A stretch of DNA of 64,000 nucleotides. Source: a virus. Below are positions 19,248 through 28,586 of this stretch, piece by piece. The position numbers and the translations under genes are program-made. Under the pieces are notes generated by a model. It was not told where the DNA came from. It did not search any database and was given only the letters and a program-made list of their open reading frames with translations. Position 1 is the stretch's first letter, and each line of letters begins with the position of its first letter. The stretch is from positions 32,001-96,000 of the IMG/VR virus record IMGVR_UViG_3300025010_000004. One strand, given 5' to 3'.

Positions 19248-19367
19248 GAGAATTCCTCCTTTGTCTTTCGGGCATAGCCCTACAGTTAACTTGGTAGGAG
19301 GCTAACCGACTCCGCCGGAAGCCTCCTTGTATATAAATTTATTCAGTTGTTCGCTACTGTGTTAATA

Positions 19368-19769
19368 TTAGCCGATGATTACAGCGCAGAAATCAGCAGG
19401 CTGTGCCGCAGGCTTACGCGGTGCCGGAGCCTTGGGAGCTGCATAGCAGCGAGGATCTGCGAAATCGAAGGCATTGTACTCTTTAACAGCAGCGACGATT
19501 TTTTCCCACTCAGCTTTGGTACATTCAACTGCGGAATCGTTGCTTTTCGCCTTGGAGCCACGCAGCCAGATAACGTTCTTCTCATCTGTGTCGCGTGCCG
19601 GGTGGCTGTTGGAAGCAAGAACGATGCCGTTGCTGGCAACGAACTTACGGGGGTCAAGGCTCCGCACGTCACCGAAGTCGCGTCCTTTGTGTGTCTGCTC
19701 CAGCACTTTAAAGAGCACCTTCGTAAAGTTGGGAACGACTTGTGCGGTAATCTTGATGTGTTTTCTCAT
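19368..19769 (-). CDS. EQTH-family paralog 8 with DFCAVIIG tail
   Basis: Start revised to ATG 19769 after AAGGAGG; KHIK...LEQTH...WLRG...AVKEYN. Confidence 0.85.
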   Translation of the reverse strand: MRKHIKITAQVVPNFTKVLFKVLEQTHKGRDFGDVRSLDPRKFVASNGIVLASNSHPARDTDEKNVIWLRGSKAKSNDSAVECTKAEWEKIVAAVKEYNAFDFADPRCYAAPKAPAPRKPAAQPADFCAVIIG

Positions 19770-19832
19770 GGTAAATCCTCCTTTTGTTTGTATGCTGTTT
19801 AGGTAGAACAAGTTCTACCTTCCCAACAGTGG

Positions 19833-20402
19833 TTAATGTTTATTCCTGTTTCCTCCGAAGTAGACCTTTTGATAGGCACGCTCCGCGCGCCAAGGCTCTA
19901 CTTTTTCTTTAGCCGGTCTTTCCTTAACAGGAACACCAACCTTTTTGACTGCTGCGCTTATGGAACTCTTTTCTTTTTCTGGTTCTTTTACATCATGAAA
20001 CTCGTTGTACGCTTTTACCGCCTGCTTGAACCGATCATAGGTTTCTTTGCCAAGCTCGAACGATACTTTTCCTACATCGCTAGGACGAAACAAAAGAACT
20101 ACACAGGTTCGATAGTGCAGACCTGGCTCATATTCACTAATTCTACCAAGCTCCAGAGAATACAAGTTAAGAGCATCTTCACCCTCAACTTTGTGGTTGA
20201 ACACCTTAGACTTGTCGTTAAAATTTTCACCAAAATGAGTCTGTTCGGTTATAGTCACCTTAACGGTTTCAAATAACGGAGGTGTTATTTCCGCCTTATA
20301 TTTTATGTGTCTTCTAACTTTTTTAGTAACAAAAGCACCTGTAACCCATTCGTACCGTTCAGGGTAAGTCTCTCCCTCATGGTAGGTGTAGTATTTATAC
20401 AT
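19833..20402 (-). CDS. EQTH-family paralog 9 with N- and C-terminal extensions
   Basis: RHIK...ITEQTH...FKQAVKAYNEF. Confidence 0.8.
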   Translation of the reverse strand: MYKYYTYHEGETYPERYEWVTGAFVTKKVRRHIKYKAEITPPLFETVKVTITEQTHFGENFNDKSKVFNHKVEGEDALNLYSLELGRISEYEPGLHYRTCVVLLFRPSDVGKVSFELGKETYDRFKQAVKAYNEFHDVKEPEKEKSSISAAVKKVGVPVKERPAKEKVEPWRAERAYQKVYFGGNRNKH

Positions 20403-20413
20403 TTTAGCCCTCC

Positions 20414-20677
20414 CTATGTAAAGATGTAGCCACTAATTTTCAACAGCGCCCTACAGGATTTACATAGGTCCGAAAAAGAAGATACCTCTTCTCCATTTTC
20501 GTCTGCGTCGCCGACAGTGGCTCCATCGTCTGAATAGTAACTTCCTTTACAGCACCAACATCCTTTCTTGTCGGAGTGCTCTCTGCCATTAACCCTTTCA
20601 ACGAATGGGTCTTCTGATGTTTCTCCTACTTCTAGGATTGGGTTTTCCTTGTTAAATTTATTAAGATCAAAGTCCAT
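20414..20677 (-). CDS. hypothetical Cys-containing protein
   Basis: ORF track. Confidence 0.5.
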   Translation of the reverse strand: MDFDLNKFNKENPILEVGETSEDPFVERVNGREHSDKKGCWCCKGSYYSDDGATVGDADENGEEVSSFSDLCKSCRALLKISGYIFT

Positions 20678-20717
20678 TTTACCCCCGTAGAAACGTTTTA
20701 AGTTAGTTAAGGCTACC

Positions 20718-21311
20718 TTACCCTTTATCTGAAAATAAGTCCAGTTGTAGCTCAGATTTGGGCTCCTCAGCTATGGTTTCTTTTTCTATGACAGGGGCAA
20801 TATAGTCCTCTATCTTAAATTTCTTAGCTGCGGTCTTTAGAGGAGGCGAATATCCCCAACTTAACGGTTTTTCCTGCGCCAGAAATTTGGACAATTTGAG
20901 CTTAGGCATGCGGGGCACGGTCAAATCTTTTTTGTCGTACATGTAAATTTTACATGCGTTAGCTATGCTGTCCTCCATAGAGCCTCTAGTAACCAGGAGA
21001 TTTAGCCTCTCTGCTTCTATGAAAATGGCCCACATATCACGCTTGAAATCAGCGCGTATTGCTTCAGGCACGTAATCGTAACTGCATACCCACAATTTAC
21101 ACTGCAGTGCCTTTACAGTGCATCCCCCAATCCCAAGGTATTTACAGTTAACGCAGCAGAAGTTTTCTCCTTCCCTTCTACGATGACGCTCGCAAGCTCC
21201 GCCGCTAATATGGCATGGATCGTAGTCAACCAGAAGTTGCAAAGTTCTATCATACAGATTGTTGAAAATAGGGATGAGCTTTTTAGCGTAGTCGTATTCT
21301 CCTACTGGCAT
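20718..21311 (-). CDS. Cys-rich protein with C-terminal beta-clamp-binding motif QLDLF
   Basis: Cys cluster CCVNC...C...CKLWVC; ends SELQLDLFSDKG. Confidence 0.65.
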   Translation of the reverse strand: MPVGEYDYAKKLIPIFNNLYDRTLQLLVDYDPCHISGGACERHRRREGENFCCVNCKYLGIGGCTVKALQCKLWVCSYDYVPEAIRADFKRDMWAIFIEAERLNLLVTRGSMEDSIANACKIYMYDKKDLTVPRMPKLKLSKFLAQEKPLSWGYSPPLKTAAKKFKIEDYIAPVIEKETIAEEPKSELQLDLFSDKG

Positions 21312-21323
21312 GTAACACCTCCT

Positions 21324-21645
21324 TTAATCTTTGAAATACTCGTTGTATTCGTTAACCGCAGCTACTACCTCAGGCCAACGCGCAAATGGAATTGACAGTT
21401 CGAAGTTATCTTCGTTTTTGTTATCTCCTTTGAGGAAAACATAATAGTGCTCACCTTCAAGAAAAGCCTCCGGCCTTCCCAAATCACTCATTAATATGAC
21501 TAGATTCGATGCCTTAAATTGATCTTCATATGCTCGGTCTTCGTAGGCACACCCGAACTCTTTATACACATGGGTCTGCTCTATTATTCTGACGCGCATT
21601 CTATCACCTTCGTCAGGCTTAGCTATCAGGCTTAATGTGCTTCAT
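21324..21645 (-). pseudogene. EQTH-family paralog 10, +1 frameshift after MKHIK (or N-truncated protein from ATG 21599)
   Basis: ATG AAG CAC ATT AAG C CTG ATA GCT...; removing one C near 21630 restores MKHIKLIAKPDEGDRMRVRIIEQTH. Confidence 0.7.
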
Positions 21646-21655
21646 TCATGACCTC

Positions 21656-23032
21656 CTACTCGATGGTTATAAGGTACGTTCCAGTATCCTTTGCATTATC
21701 TTTTTTGGTTGTCTTTGCCGGCGTGTTCTCGTAAGTTACAGCAGACACTTTTTCTTCGACTTTTCGCACAAGATCAACCTCGACCACACCTTTAGGCTTC
21801 ACTCCCCTTCTAGCCTTCGGTTTAACCTCAGCCACTACTGCCGCTTCTTCTACCTTCTTTTTAGCTGCTGGCTTCTTAGTCACAACAGGCGGAGGTAGAA
21901 CTTCTTCTACCTTTGGAGGCTCTACTACAGGTGCTTCAATTTTGTTTATATGTACAATCTTATTTCCAGGTATGTACCCCTTGTAGTTGTACGTGCTTCC
22001 TACACGGGTCCAATCTGCATGCTTACTGGCCAGCCCAAACACGAAGTCTCCAGCAGTTTCGTCGTAGCAAACAGAAAAGTCTTTACGTTGATTATCACAA
22101 TTAGGTAACGGGCACCAAGGAACTTTAACGTCACCAAGGGCTTCATGATAAACCGCAGGAACTCTGTAGTCGCAGAGAGTATCCATAGAGTATAATTCAG
22201 TCTTTCCCTGTTTCTTCATGGCTTCGATTACCTGGGTTCTATATGCAGCCGATACGCATTTAACATCCCCATAATACGGGTATTCATCTTTGGCCATATT
22301 TTTACGGTATATCATCCACCTTGCGACTGGCTTTCCATCTACCATGAGATAGCAACCTTTAGCGTAGGGCTGGTAGTGATACCACGCAGAAGGGTAAACC
22401 CCAGTATCATCAGCCACTTTAGGCCAAACCTTTCGGCTAATGTCTCCCCAATAGTCGTTTCCGACTCCCATGCAAGAGCCAGGAACTTTGGTCTTGTACA
22501 TTGTGTAGTAGTCTCTGACGGAGTTACATACCACTATCGCAGAAGGTAAGAAGCTGTCGGACACCATTTTGGCTAAATCTCTCACTTGTGCGTCTCCATA
22601 ACCAAGCTCCTTTAAATTTGTGTAGTCAGCCACAAGTTTGGCGAATGTGGTAATCTCCCACTTTAACGCTAGCTTAACTGCTCGCTCTGGAGTTGCAAAC
22701 CTAACCTCCGTCTTTGGGTCTTTCAGAATTTTGGTTATATATTCAAGCACGTCTTCTGCTTTGAAGTTAGCTTTAATGTTAGGGTATACCCTAACCTTGT
22801 CGGGATCGGATTTTACAGGGAGGGCAAGGGGCATTTCCGGCTTTACTTTGTAGCCGTAGCCTGCTCCTTCAATAACACCTTTTATCTTCTTGGTGACATT
22901 TGCCTTTATCTTCGGCAATGTTATTGCAAGCCGGAGGAACTTTTCAGCAGGCTTACCCACAACTTCTTTTGACTTCTCTGCTGTCTCAGGTTTGAGTTTG
23001 CCGAGTGCGTCCTTGTAAAATTTAAGTGCCAC
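21656..23032 (-). CDS. large hypothetical protein with GSCM-motif domain and Pro/Lys-rich tail
   Basis: ORF track; YTMY...PGSCM...VARW. Confidence 0.7.
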   Translation of the reverse strand: MALKFYKDALGKLKPETAEKSKEVVGKPAEKFLRLAITLPKIKANVTKKIKGVIEGAGYGYKVKPEMPLALPVKSDPDKVRVYPNIKANFKAEDVLEYITKILKDPKTEVRFATPERAVKLALKWEITTFAKLVADYTNLKELGYGDAQVRDLAKMVSDSFLPSAIVVCNSVRDYYTMYKTKVPGSCMGVGNDYWGDISRKVWPKVADDTGVYPSAWYHYQPYAKGCYLMVDGKPVARWMIYRKNMAKDEYPYYGDVKCVSAAYRTQVIEAMKKQGKTELYSMDTLCDYRVPAVYHEALGDVKVPWCPLPNCDNQRKDFSVCYDETAGDFVFGLASKHADWTRVGSTYNYKGYIPGNKIVHINKIEAPVVEPPKVEEVLPPPVVTKKPAAKKKVEEAAVVAEVKPKARRGVKPKGVVEVDLVRKVEEKVSAVTYENTPAKTTKKDNAKDTGTYLITIE

Positions 23033-23075
23033 TGTTGTAATCCTCCTTAAAAGTAAAAAGTATACTTCTAGTTCT

Positions 23076-23264
23076 TTAGATAACCCATACTATAAGCGCT
23101 TCAATTCTAGCCAAGCATACTTCTAACGTAGGGGCAAACCTTATGTCTGCGTTGTCAATGTTGAACGCCATACAGAAGGCGGTTCCGAAATTCCACAAGG
23201 GGTAAGGGTCGCTGAGGTATTTATTCTTGAATTCCGCGAAATCACGGTAGCTCAGTTCGATCAT
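23076..23264 (-). CDS. hypothetical protein
   Basis: ORF track, RBS GAAGGAG. Confidence 0.55.
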   Translation of the reverse strand: MIELSYRDFAEFKNKYLSDPYPLWNFGTAFCMAFNIDNADIRFAPTLEVCLARIEALIVWVI

Positions 23265-23314
23265 GTGTTTTCTCCTTCATTAAAAAATTATAATGTTTGA
23301 CATGCATTTTTTAC

Positions 23315-23484
23315 TTGACAAAATCAACTTTTTGTGGTATAATGCATTCATCGAGCCGTTAGGCGAAGATGAATGCTATAGGGTTTTAAGGTTATGCCTT
23401 GCTGTATGCCTTGCTGTATGCTTTGCTTATGACCTTAACCCTGTGTCTACCCCGCCCGAAGGGCGGGAGGCGTTTTAATGAGAA
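23315..23484 (+). ncRNA. promoter + GA/GAA hairpin cassette, copy B
   Basis: TTGACA-17-TATAAT; GCATTCATC-GAGCCGTTAGGCGAA-GATGAATGC; 47-bp tail identical to copy A. Confidence 0.55.
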
Positions 23485-23497
23485 TGTAGAACATGTT

Positions 23498-25033
23498 CTA
23501 CCGGCCAAGTAACCTTGCACGTATATCTGATAGGTTACCGTCAACCAACAGCACCCCGTCCTTAAATATTGGACGCAGTAGGTCAGTGCCAGCTGCCGCT
23601 ATCATGTTTTGGTTGGCTATTGACAATCCATCAATAGCCTCAATACCTTCAGCAGTCTGGACTACAACAACCCTACCGGTCAATGACTTTTTGATCTTGT
23701 CTGTATCAGTGGCAGGATCTTTGAAGATATTAACTTCCTTTCCTTTAATTACGCAGTGCGTTGACTTCATAGCGAAACCAAAGGTATCCCTAGTATTGTA
23801 TTGGTAGGTGTACGAACCTATACCAAATACAATATTTGTGGAAGCGAATCCTTTGCGCTTTAGGCGCTCGCAGATGTCTTTAGCCCTCTCAATGGTTATA
23901 GAGTCGCCGTAGATAGCGCCTATGTGGGGGTCAAGCTGCTTGTATCCTTTGCTGTTGATAGTGCCTCCGAAGGTATCCCACAGGATTTCTATGAGTCCTT
24001 TATAGGCGCTTTCACTACACTCCGGGTCAAACCTCTCAACATATACCTCGTAAGTGGAATAGTCAATCGTAGTGTTTAGCCCACAAATAATATCAGCAGG
24101 ATCTCCAGAATCAGGACGGATTACAACTTTACCATCCCTAGCCATGATAATATCTTTGAGCTTAGGAAGAATATTGCTGGTAACATGCCACAAATCCCAA
24201 GTATCAGATACGAGAGATACAATTCCCGTAGGATATACGTCTTGGATTAATCTACGAAATGTTTCATACTCATCTACTTTTCCTCCAGCGCAGACTACGC
24301 TGTGCTCAGTCGCCGGAACGCTACAGCCCACCAATTCTTTTTCGATATTGGCGTTGTATTTATCCTCAAGATAAAGTATAGCCGGAATAGTGTCTGTTCC
24401 TACAAACGATAGCAAGTGCCCTGCCCCACTTACACAAGCTGCTTCTACGGCCCCCATACCCCGCATTGAGAAATCGTGCCCCTGGAACTGCACGAAGTCT
24501 GGCATATCAGAAGTTTCCTCAGCGTATCTAGAAAGAATTTTGTGATATTCATACGCGATAGTGGCACTTGTGGAACCCTGCCACATCTCACACGAGGCCA
24601 AGGTTTCAATGTAGTTGGTAAGCCAGCCGAATCGTGGGTCGGTATTCTCAACAGTAAGCATAGGAACCCTTAGTGGAACAAGCGTTCCCTCCGGGACCGC
24701 TTTTATCAACAAAGGAAGATGCCCAAGTTCATGTAGCGCTCTTATATGTGTAGTATCAGGTTCCGCCACGCCTAACGTGAATTTAATCACCCTGCCGTAC
24801 TCTCCAGCAACTTCATCAACAGGACGGCTGAAGAAGTTTTCGTTAAAGAAGTCGATAAGCCAGTCTTTAACGAACCCCTGGAAGGAAAACGCCACCACTT
24901 TGTCAACGAACTTAATCCTTGACGTGCGAGGAATCCATGTGCTGTACACAATCTCAGTTCCGTCAGGATACTGGTCCTTGTGTCCGATTTTGTAGAAATC
25001 ACACAGTAACGTTGCAATTAGTCCTTTACGCAT
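23498..25033 (-). CDS. NAMPT-like protein (probable Namat of NARP1)
   Basis: DFYKIGH, HDFSMRG, PATEHSV, VSDTWD, IRPDSGDP, IYGDSIT, RDTFGFAMK. Confidence 0.92.
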   Translation of the reverse strand: MRKGLIATLLCDFYKIGHKDQYPDGTEIVYSTWIPRTSRIKFVDKVVAFSFQGFVKDWLIDFFNENFFSRPVDEVAGEYGRVIKFTLGVAEPDTTHIRALHELGHLPLLIKAVPEGTLVPLRVPMLTVENTDPRFGWLTNYIETLASCEMWQGSTSATIAYEYHKILSRYAEETSDMPDFVQFQGHDFSMRGMGAVEAACVSGAGHLLSFVGTDTIPAILYLEDKYNANIEKELVGCSVPATEHSVVCAGGKVDEYETFRRLIQDVYPTGIVSLVSDTWDLWHVTSNILPKLKDIIMARDGKVVIRPDSGDPADIICGLNTTIDYSTYEVYVERFDPECSESAYKGLIEILWDTFGGTINSKGYKQLDPHIGAIYGDSITIERAKDICERLKRKGFASTNIVFGIGSYTYQYNTRDTFGFAMKSTHCVIKGKEVNIFKDPATDTDKIKKSLTGRVVVVQTAEGIEAIDGLSIANQNMIAAAGTDLLRPIFKDGVLLVDGNLSDIRARLLGR

Positions 25034-25844
25034 CTCTTTTTACCTCCGTATAAAGTTGGTGTATGATAAGATTTTCTAGAGCAGTTGAATTACACATTAT
25101 GCTGTTTGTAGTATATACTTCGTCTATTAACTTTGATGTAAATATTTTCCCTGAGAATATAGTGTGCTCACAATGAGCAACCATAAGGTAAATATTCGCA
25201 GCGCCATGGGATTTAAGCGCCTCGGCTGCCGCAATAAAAGTTCCGCCTTTGGAGCATAGATCGTCTACTATCAGAACTTTTTTACCTTTTACACCTGTGC
25301 CTGACACAGAGTATTTTATGATATCACCAGTCTTGAAATCCCTTTCCTTGCTACCTACAGCGGAAGGATACCTTGCAACGTGACTATATCTCTTCTCAGC
25401 TCCTGCATCTGGGTAGAAAAGTATGGTGTTGTCCATTCCGTGCTTATCAACAAAGAGGGCCATGAGGGCTGGTATAATACTAATGTTTGTACACCGGTTT
25501 AGAAGAGCAGTAGAAACGTCGGAATGTGCGTCAACTACTTTAACTCTCGCAAAGTGCATTGCGTTAATCATATCGCATATGTACTTTAAGTTGAAAGTGT
25601 ATGTGTTGTTGGCTCTGTCCATTCTGCTGTACGGCATGTACAGAATCTTCAACGTCATTATGTTGTTCGGAATAACGTCATTCATGTAACTGCGAAGTAT
25701 GTACAAGTCCATAAGGTCTTGATCGGTTTCGAACTTTAGTACAACAACTGAGCTGTTGTGAAAAGTTATCTTATTGTAGTTCAGGTATCTTTCGTTGTTA
25801 GGAAAAACACCGAACTCAACTTTTACATTGTCAATTAAAATCAC
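25026..25844 (-). CDS. PRPP-synthetase-like protein (probable Adps of NARP1)
   Basis: FPNNE, YMPYSRMDR, DAHS, PDAGA, VDDLCSKGGTF. Confidence 0.9.
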   Translation of the reverse strand: MILIDNVKVEFGVFPNNERYLNYNKITFHNSSVVVLKFETDQDLMDLYILRSYMNDVIPNNIMTLKILYMPYSRMDRANNTYTFNLKYICDMINAMHFARVKVVDAHSDVSTALLNRCTNISIIPALMALFVDKHGMDNTILFYPDAGAEKRYSHVARYPSAVGSKERDFKTGDIIKYSVSGTGVKGKKVLIVDDLCSKGGTFIAAAEALKSHGAANIYLMVAHCEHTIFSGKIFTSKLIDEVYTTNSIMCNSTALENLIIHQLYTEVKRDA

Positions 25845-25879
25845 TGGATGTTACCTCCTTTATTTAGGTAGAACATGTT

Positions 25880-26173
25880 CTACTTATGCATTTCTTCGTA
25901 GTATCCTATGATTGGAGTGGTTATCGCAACGAACACTAGCCCAAAGATAGCTGAGCAGAACCCTAGAGACACGACTTCCTTTACGGTAGATATATCCATT
26001 ACGAAGTAGGCCACTAGCAGGCCTATCCAGAAACACTGGCAGAACGCGCAGTTATTTAGGAACCTTGTAGGAGTGGTTTTACTCATTAGTTTAGTCAGCC
26101 AACGCATGTGCTTGTGCTGAAACAGGAAGAACTGAACCCCTAATACGGTTAGTAGGAAAATACAGAATAACAT
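25880..26173 (-). CDS. small membrane protein with CxxCxxFW motif
   Basis: Three hydrophobic stretches. Confidence 0.55.
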   Translation of the reverse strand: MLFCIFLLTVLGVQFFLFQHKHMRWLTKLMSKTTPTRFLNNCAFCQCFWIGLLVAYFVMDISTVKEVVSLGFCSAIFGLVFVAITTPIIGYYEEMHK

Positions 26174-26182
26174 TTTGCCTCC

Positions 26183-27271
26183 TTATTCTTTCGCTTTTAT
26201 ATTTAGCACAGGTTTTATGAAATCAACTACATCAATAGTAATACCCTCCTGCGCCTTCATGACGTAGTTAATGTCTTTGTATGCCTCTGGAGCCTCATCT
26301 AGTATGCTCCTATCTGTGGAACAAACAACGCCTTCCATCTGGCCTACGAATTTATCGTAGTCAAGATTCTTCTTGGCGGCGTTTCTGCCCATAGTTCGTC
26401 CACACCCGTGAGACGCCGATGAAAGAAACTTTTCATTACCAAGTCCTTTGGTGATGTACACACCATCCCTCATATTAGCAGGAATTATGCCAAGTTGATG
26501 TGCGTCGGCTGGCGTAGCACCTTTTCGGTGCAGCACTCCTTCTTTTGTAATAATTGCGTGGTTATGGTTTTCGTTAATTAGAAGATTGCTCTTGTATGTG
26601 ACACCGAGAATCTTACATATTTTGTTTATCATTTTTAACCTGTTATATAACGCCCACTCTAACGCAAAATTCATATCCCCTAAGTAGGACAACCCAAGGT
26701 CTGATAATAAAGGAAACATTCTTCCTTGTTTCATGTACCACCCGCCTATTGTATGCCCAACGTTACGACTTCCTGAATGAATAGTCACACAATACGTGCC
26801 AGTATTTTGGCTTATCCCTATCTCTATGAAGTGATTGCCCCCTCCTAGAGTACCTAGCTGCATAACAGATTTTTCTTTTACTCTCTGTTTCACTTCTTTA
26901 GGCATGTGAGAGTGGATAACATATTCAAAATGATAGTCTGACTTATCAAGAGATGAAAATCCAGTAGGGATGGTTTTAACTATATCATCGTATAACTGTT
27001 TAAGGTTATCCTTTGATAGCTCATACTGAGGTATGTTTGTGTCAACCGAGCACATACCACATCCCACGTCGAAGCCTACGAAGCTAGGAGAGATCATGCC
27101 GTCAAGCAAGGCCACTCCGCCGATTGGAAGATCATAACCAGCGTGAACGTCAGGCATAATAGCCAATTTTTTAAGACATTCCAATGAAAGAACGTCATAA
27201 ATCTGCTGCTGCGCTGACTGCTCTATTTCTTCCATCGGCACCATAGACTGTAGTTTGTCAAGCTTGCTCAT
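26183..27271 (-). CDS. rtcB: RtcB-family RNA ligase
   Basis: MPDVHAG, DVGCG, GGGNHFIE, HSGSR, NHN, HRKGA, SHGCGR, DEAPEAYK. Confidence 0.96.
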   Translation of the reverse strand: MSKLDKLQSMVPMEEIEQSAQQQIYDVLSLECLKKLAIMPDVHAGYDLPIGGVALLDGMISPSFVGFDVGCGMCSVDTNIPQYELSKDNLKQLYDDIVKTIPTGFSSLDKSDYHFEYVIHSHMPKEVKQRVKEKSVMQLGTLGGGNHFIEIGISQNTGTYCVTIHSGSRNVGHTIGGWYMKQGRMFPLLSDLGLSYLGDMNFALEWALYNRLKMINKICKILGVTYKSNLLINENHNHAIITKEGVLHRKGATPADAHQLGIIPANMRDGVYITKGLGNEKFLSSASHGCGRTMGRNAAKKNLDYDKFVGQMEGVVCSTDRSILDEAPEAYKDINYVMKAQEGITIDVVDFIKPVLNIKAKE

Positions 27272-27281
27272 ATAATCTCCT

Positions 27282-27632
27282 TTACTCCTTGAAATATTCG
27301 TTGTATGCTTCTACTGCGGCTTTGATTCTGGGCCAGTCTTCCGAATAAATATCGAAAGTATGATAGTTTTGTATTGCAGACCCTCGCAGGTAGCATGTTA
27401 AAGTTGTTCGCCTAGCATGACTTACTACTTTTTGGGTGTGCGGAATATTCCCAGCGTGTGATACTAGGCGCACTCCGTTATGACAGAAGTCTACCGCTTG
27501 TTGTATTTGTACTACCTTTGGCAACTTTAAATCCCCAAAATCAGTATGAAAATGAGTTTGCTCAAGTATAGTTACAGCAGCCGCAGTCCTATCCTCAGAC
27601 AAAACACATTTAAGTTTTATATGTTTAGGCAT
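27282..27632 (-). CDS. EQTH-family paralog 11
   Basis: KHIK...ILEQTH...YLRG...WPRIKAAVEAYNEYF. Confidence 0.85.
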   Translation of the reverse strand: MPKHIKLKCVLSEDRTAAAVTILEQTHFHTDFGDLKLPKVVQIQQAVDFCHNGVRLVSHAGNIPHTQKVVSHARRTTLTCYLRGSAIQNYHTFDIYSEDWPRIKAAVEAYNEYFKE

Positions 27633-27634
27633 AG

Positions 27635-27970
27635 TTACTCCTTGAAATATTCGTTGTAGGCTTTAACGGCCTCCTTAATTAAAGGCCACATGTCGGCAGG
27701 TACGTCGAACGCTACGTTTTTTCTACTACTGGATATTAACCTAACATCAACTTGCCCGTCAGTCTTGTTTCGTCCGTCAAAGTTAGGATAATTATGCGTA
27801 GCAGAGAACAGGTCAATAACTCCGTGTCTGAATACTCTGCTATGCATTCTACCGGAAATATTTCCTCCAAACTCATCATCAAAATGTGTCTGTTCAAGTA
27901 TAGTCACGGATGCGGTTTGTTTGTTTTTAGATAGTATGGCGGATAATTTAAGGTGTTTATGCATATTCAC
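27635..27970 (-). CDS. EQTH-family paralog 12
   Basis: KHLK...ILEQTH...WPLIKEAVKAYNEYF. Confidence 0.85.
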   Translation of the reverse strand: MNMHKHLKLSAILSKNKQTASVTILEQTHFDDEFGGNISGRMHSRVFRHGVIDLFSATHNYPNFDGRNKTDGQVDVRLISSSRKNVAFDVPADMWPLIKEAVKAYNEYFKE

Positions 27971-28298
27971 CCCTTCAACACATCTTTGTCATCAACCCAC
28001 ACGTAGCCGGTAGCCAACTTGACTAAAGTTTTTCTGGCTACCCGCTCATAGACCGCGCCTTTAACCCCAAGCGTAGGAATGAACACCTCTTCGCGTTGCT
28101 TGATTATATTGGCAGATTTCCTATATCTTTTGGTTTCGGATTTCATTTATCGTACCTCCCGAATCCCTTGCCTTTACGGGCCTGTTTCCGGTCTATCTTA
28201 AAGCCCTTGTCTTTTTCAACCTTCACGCCCTTTGTAGGAATCTTGCCGGACTTGATCTTCTCGAAGTTATTAGCGGATTGAGCCATTCGTAGTCTCCT

Positions 28299-28487
28299 TT
28301 ACTTGGTAGCTTTCAGTAAGGTGTTGGTGTGGAGTCTTCTGCAGTAGCCGTAAGTCTCTCTGCGGCTGTATGAAACCCAAGCTAAACAAAACTTGGTCGC
28401 ACAAAGGTTTCTATTTCCGTCTTCGTTTGATATTCCTACTCCGAAAGGACAGCGTAGTTTTACAGCTTCTTCTTCCAGAATTCGCAT
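28299..28487 (-). CDS. small Cys-rich phage protein
   Basis: CPF...C...C.AW...GYC. Confidence 0.6.
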   Translation of the reverse strand: MRILEEEAVKLRCPFGVGISNEDGNRNLCATKFCLAWVSYSRRETYGYCRRLHTNTLLKATK

Positions 28488-28586
28488 TATTAATGTCTCC
28501 TTTGAATGCGGTTGATATTACTTTGGCGTAGTATAAAGCATTTTTAAATGAGTCACCTAGCAGCCAATATTTTATAGTCAGTAGTA

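Noticed and set aside
19770-19811. ORF-track starts beginning MFY (19811, 23493, 29972, 42674, 46890)
   Set aside because: They arise from the xTG-TTC-TAC inside the palindrome and lack an RBS; better starts with Shine-Dalgarno sites lie downstream, or the ORF is antisense.
23344-23376. GAG-stem-CGAA hairpin as a hammerhead ribozyme
   Set aside because: It resembles stem II only; the CUGAUGA core and three-way junction are missing.
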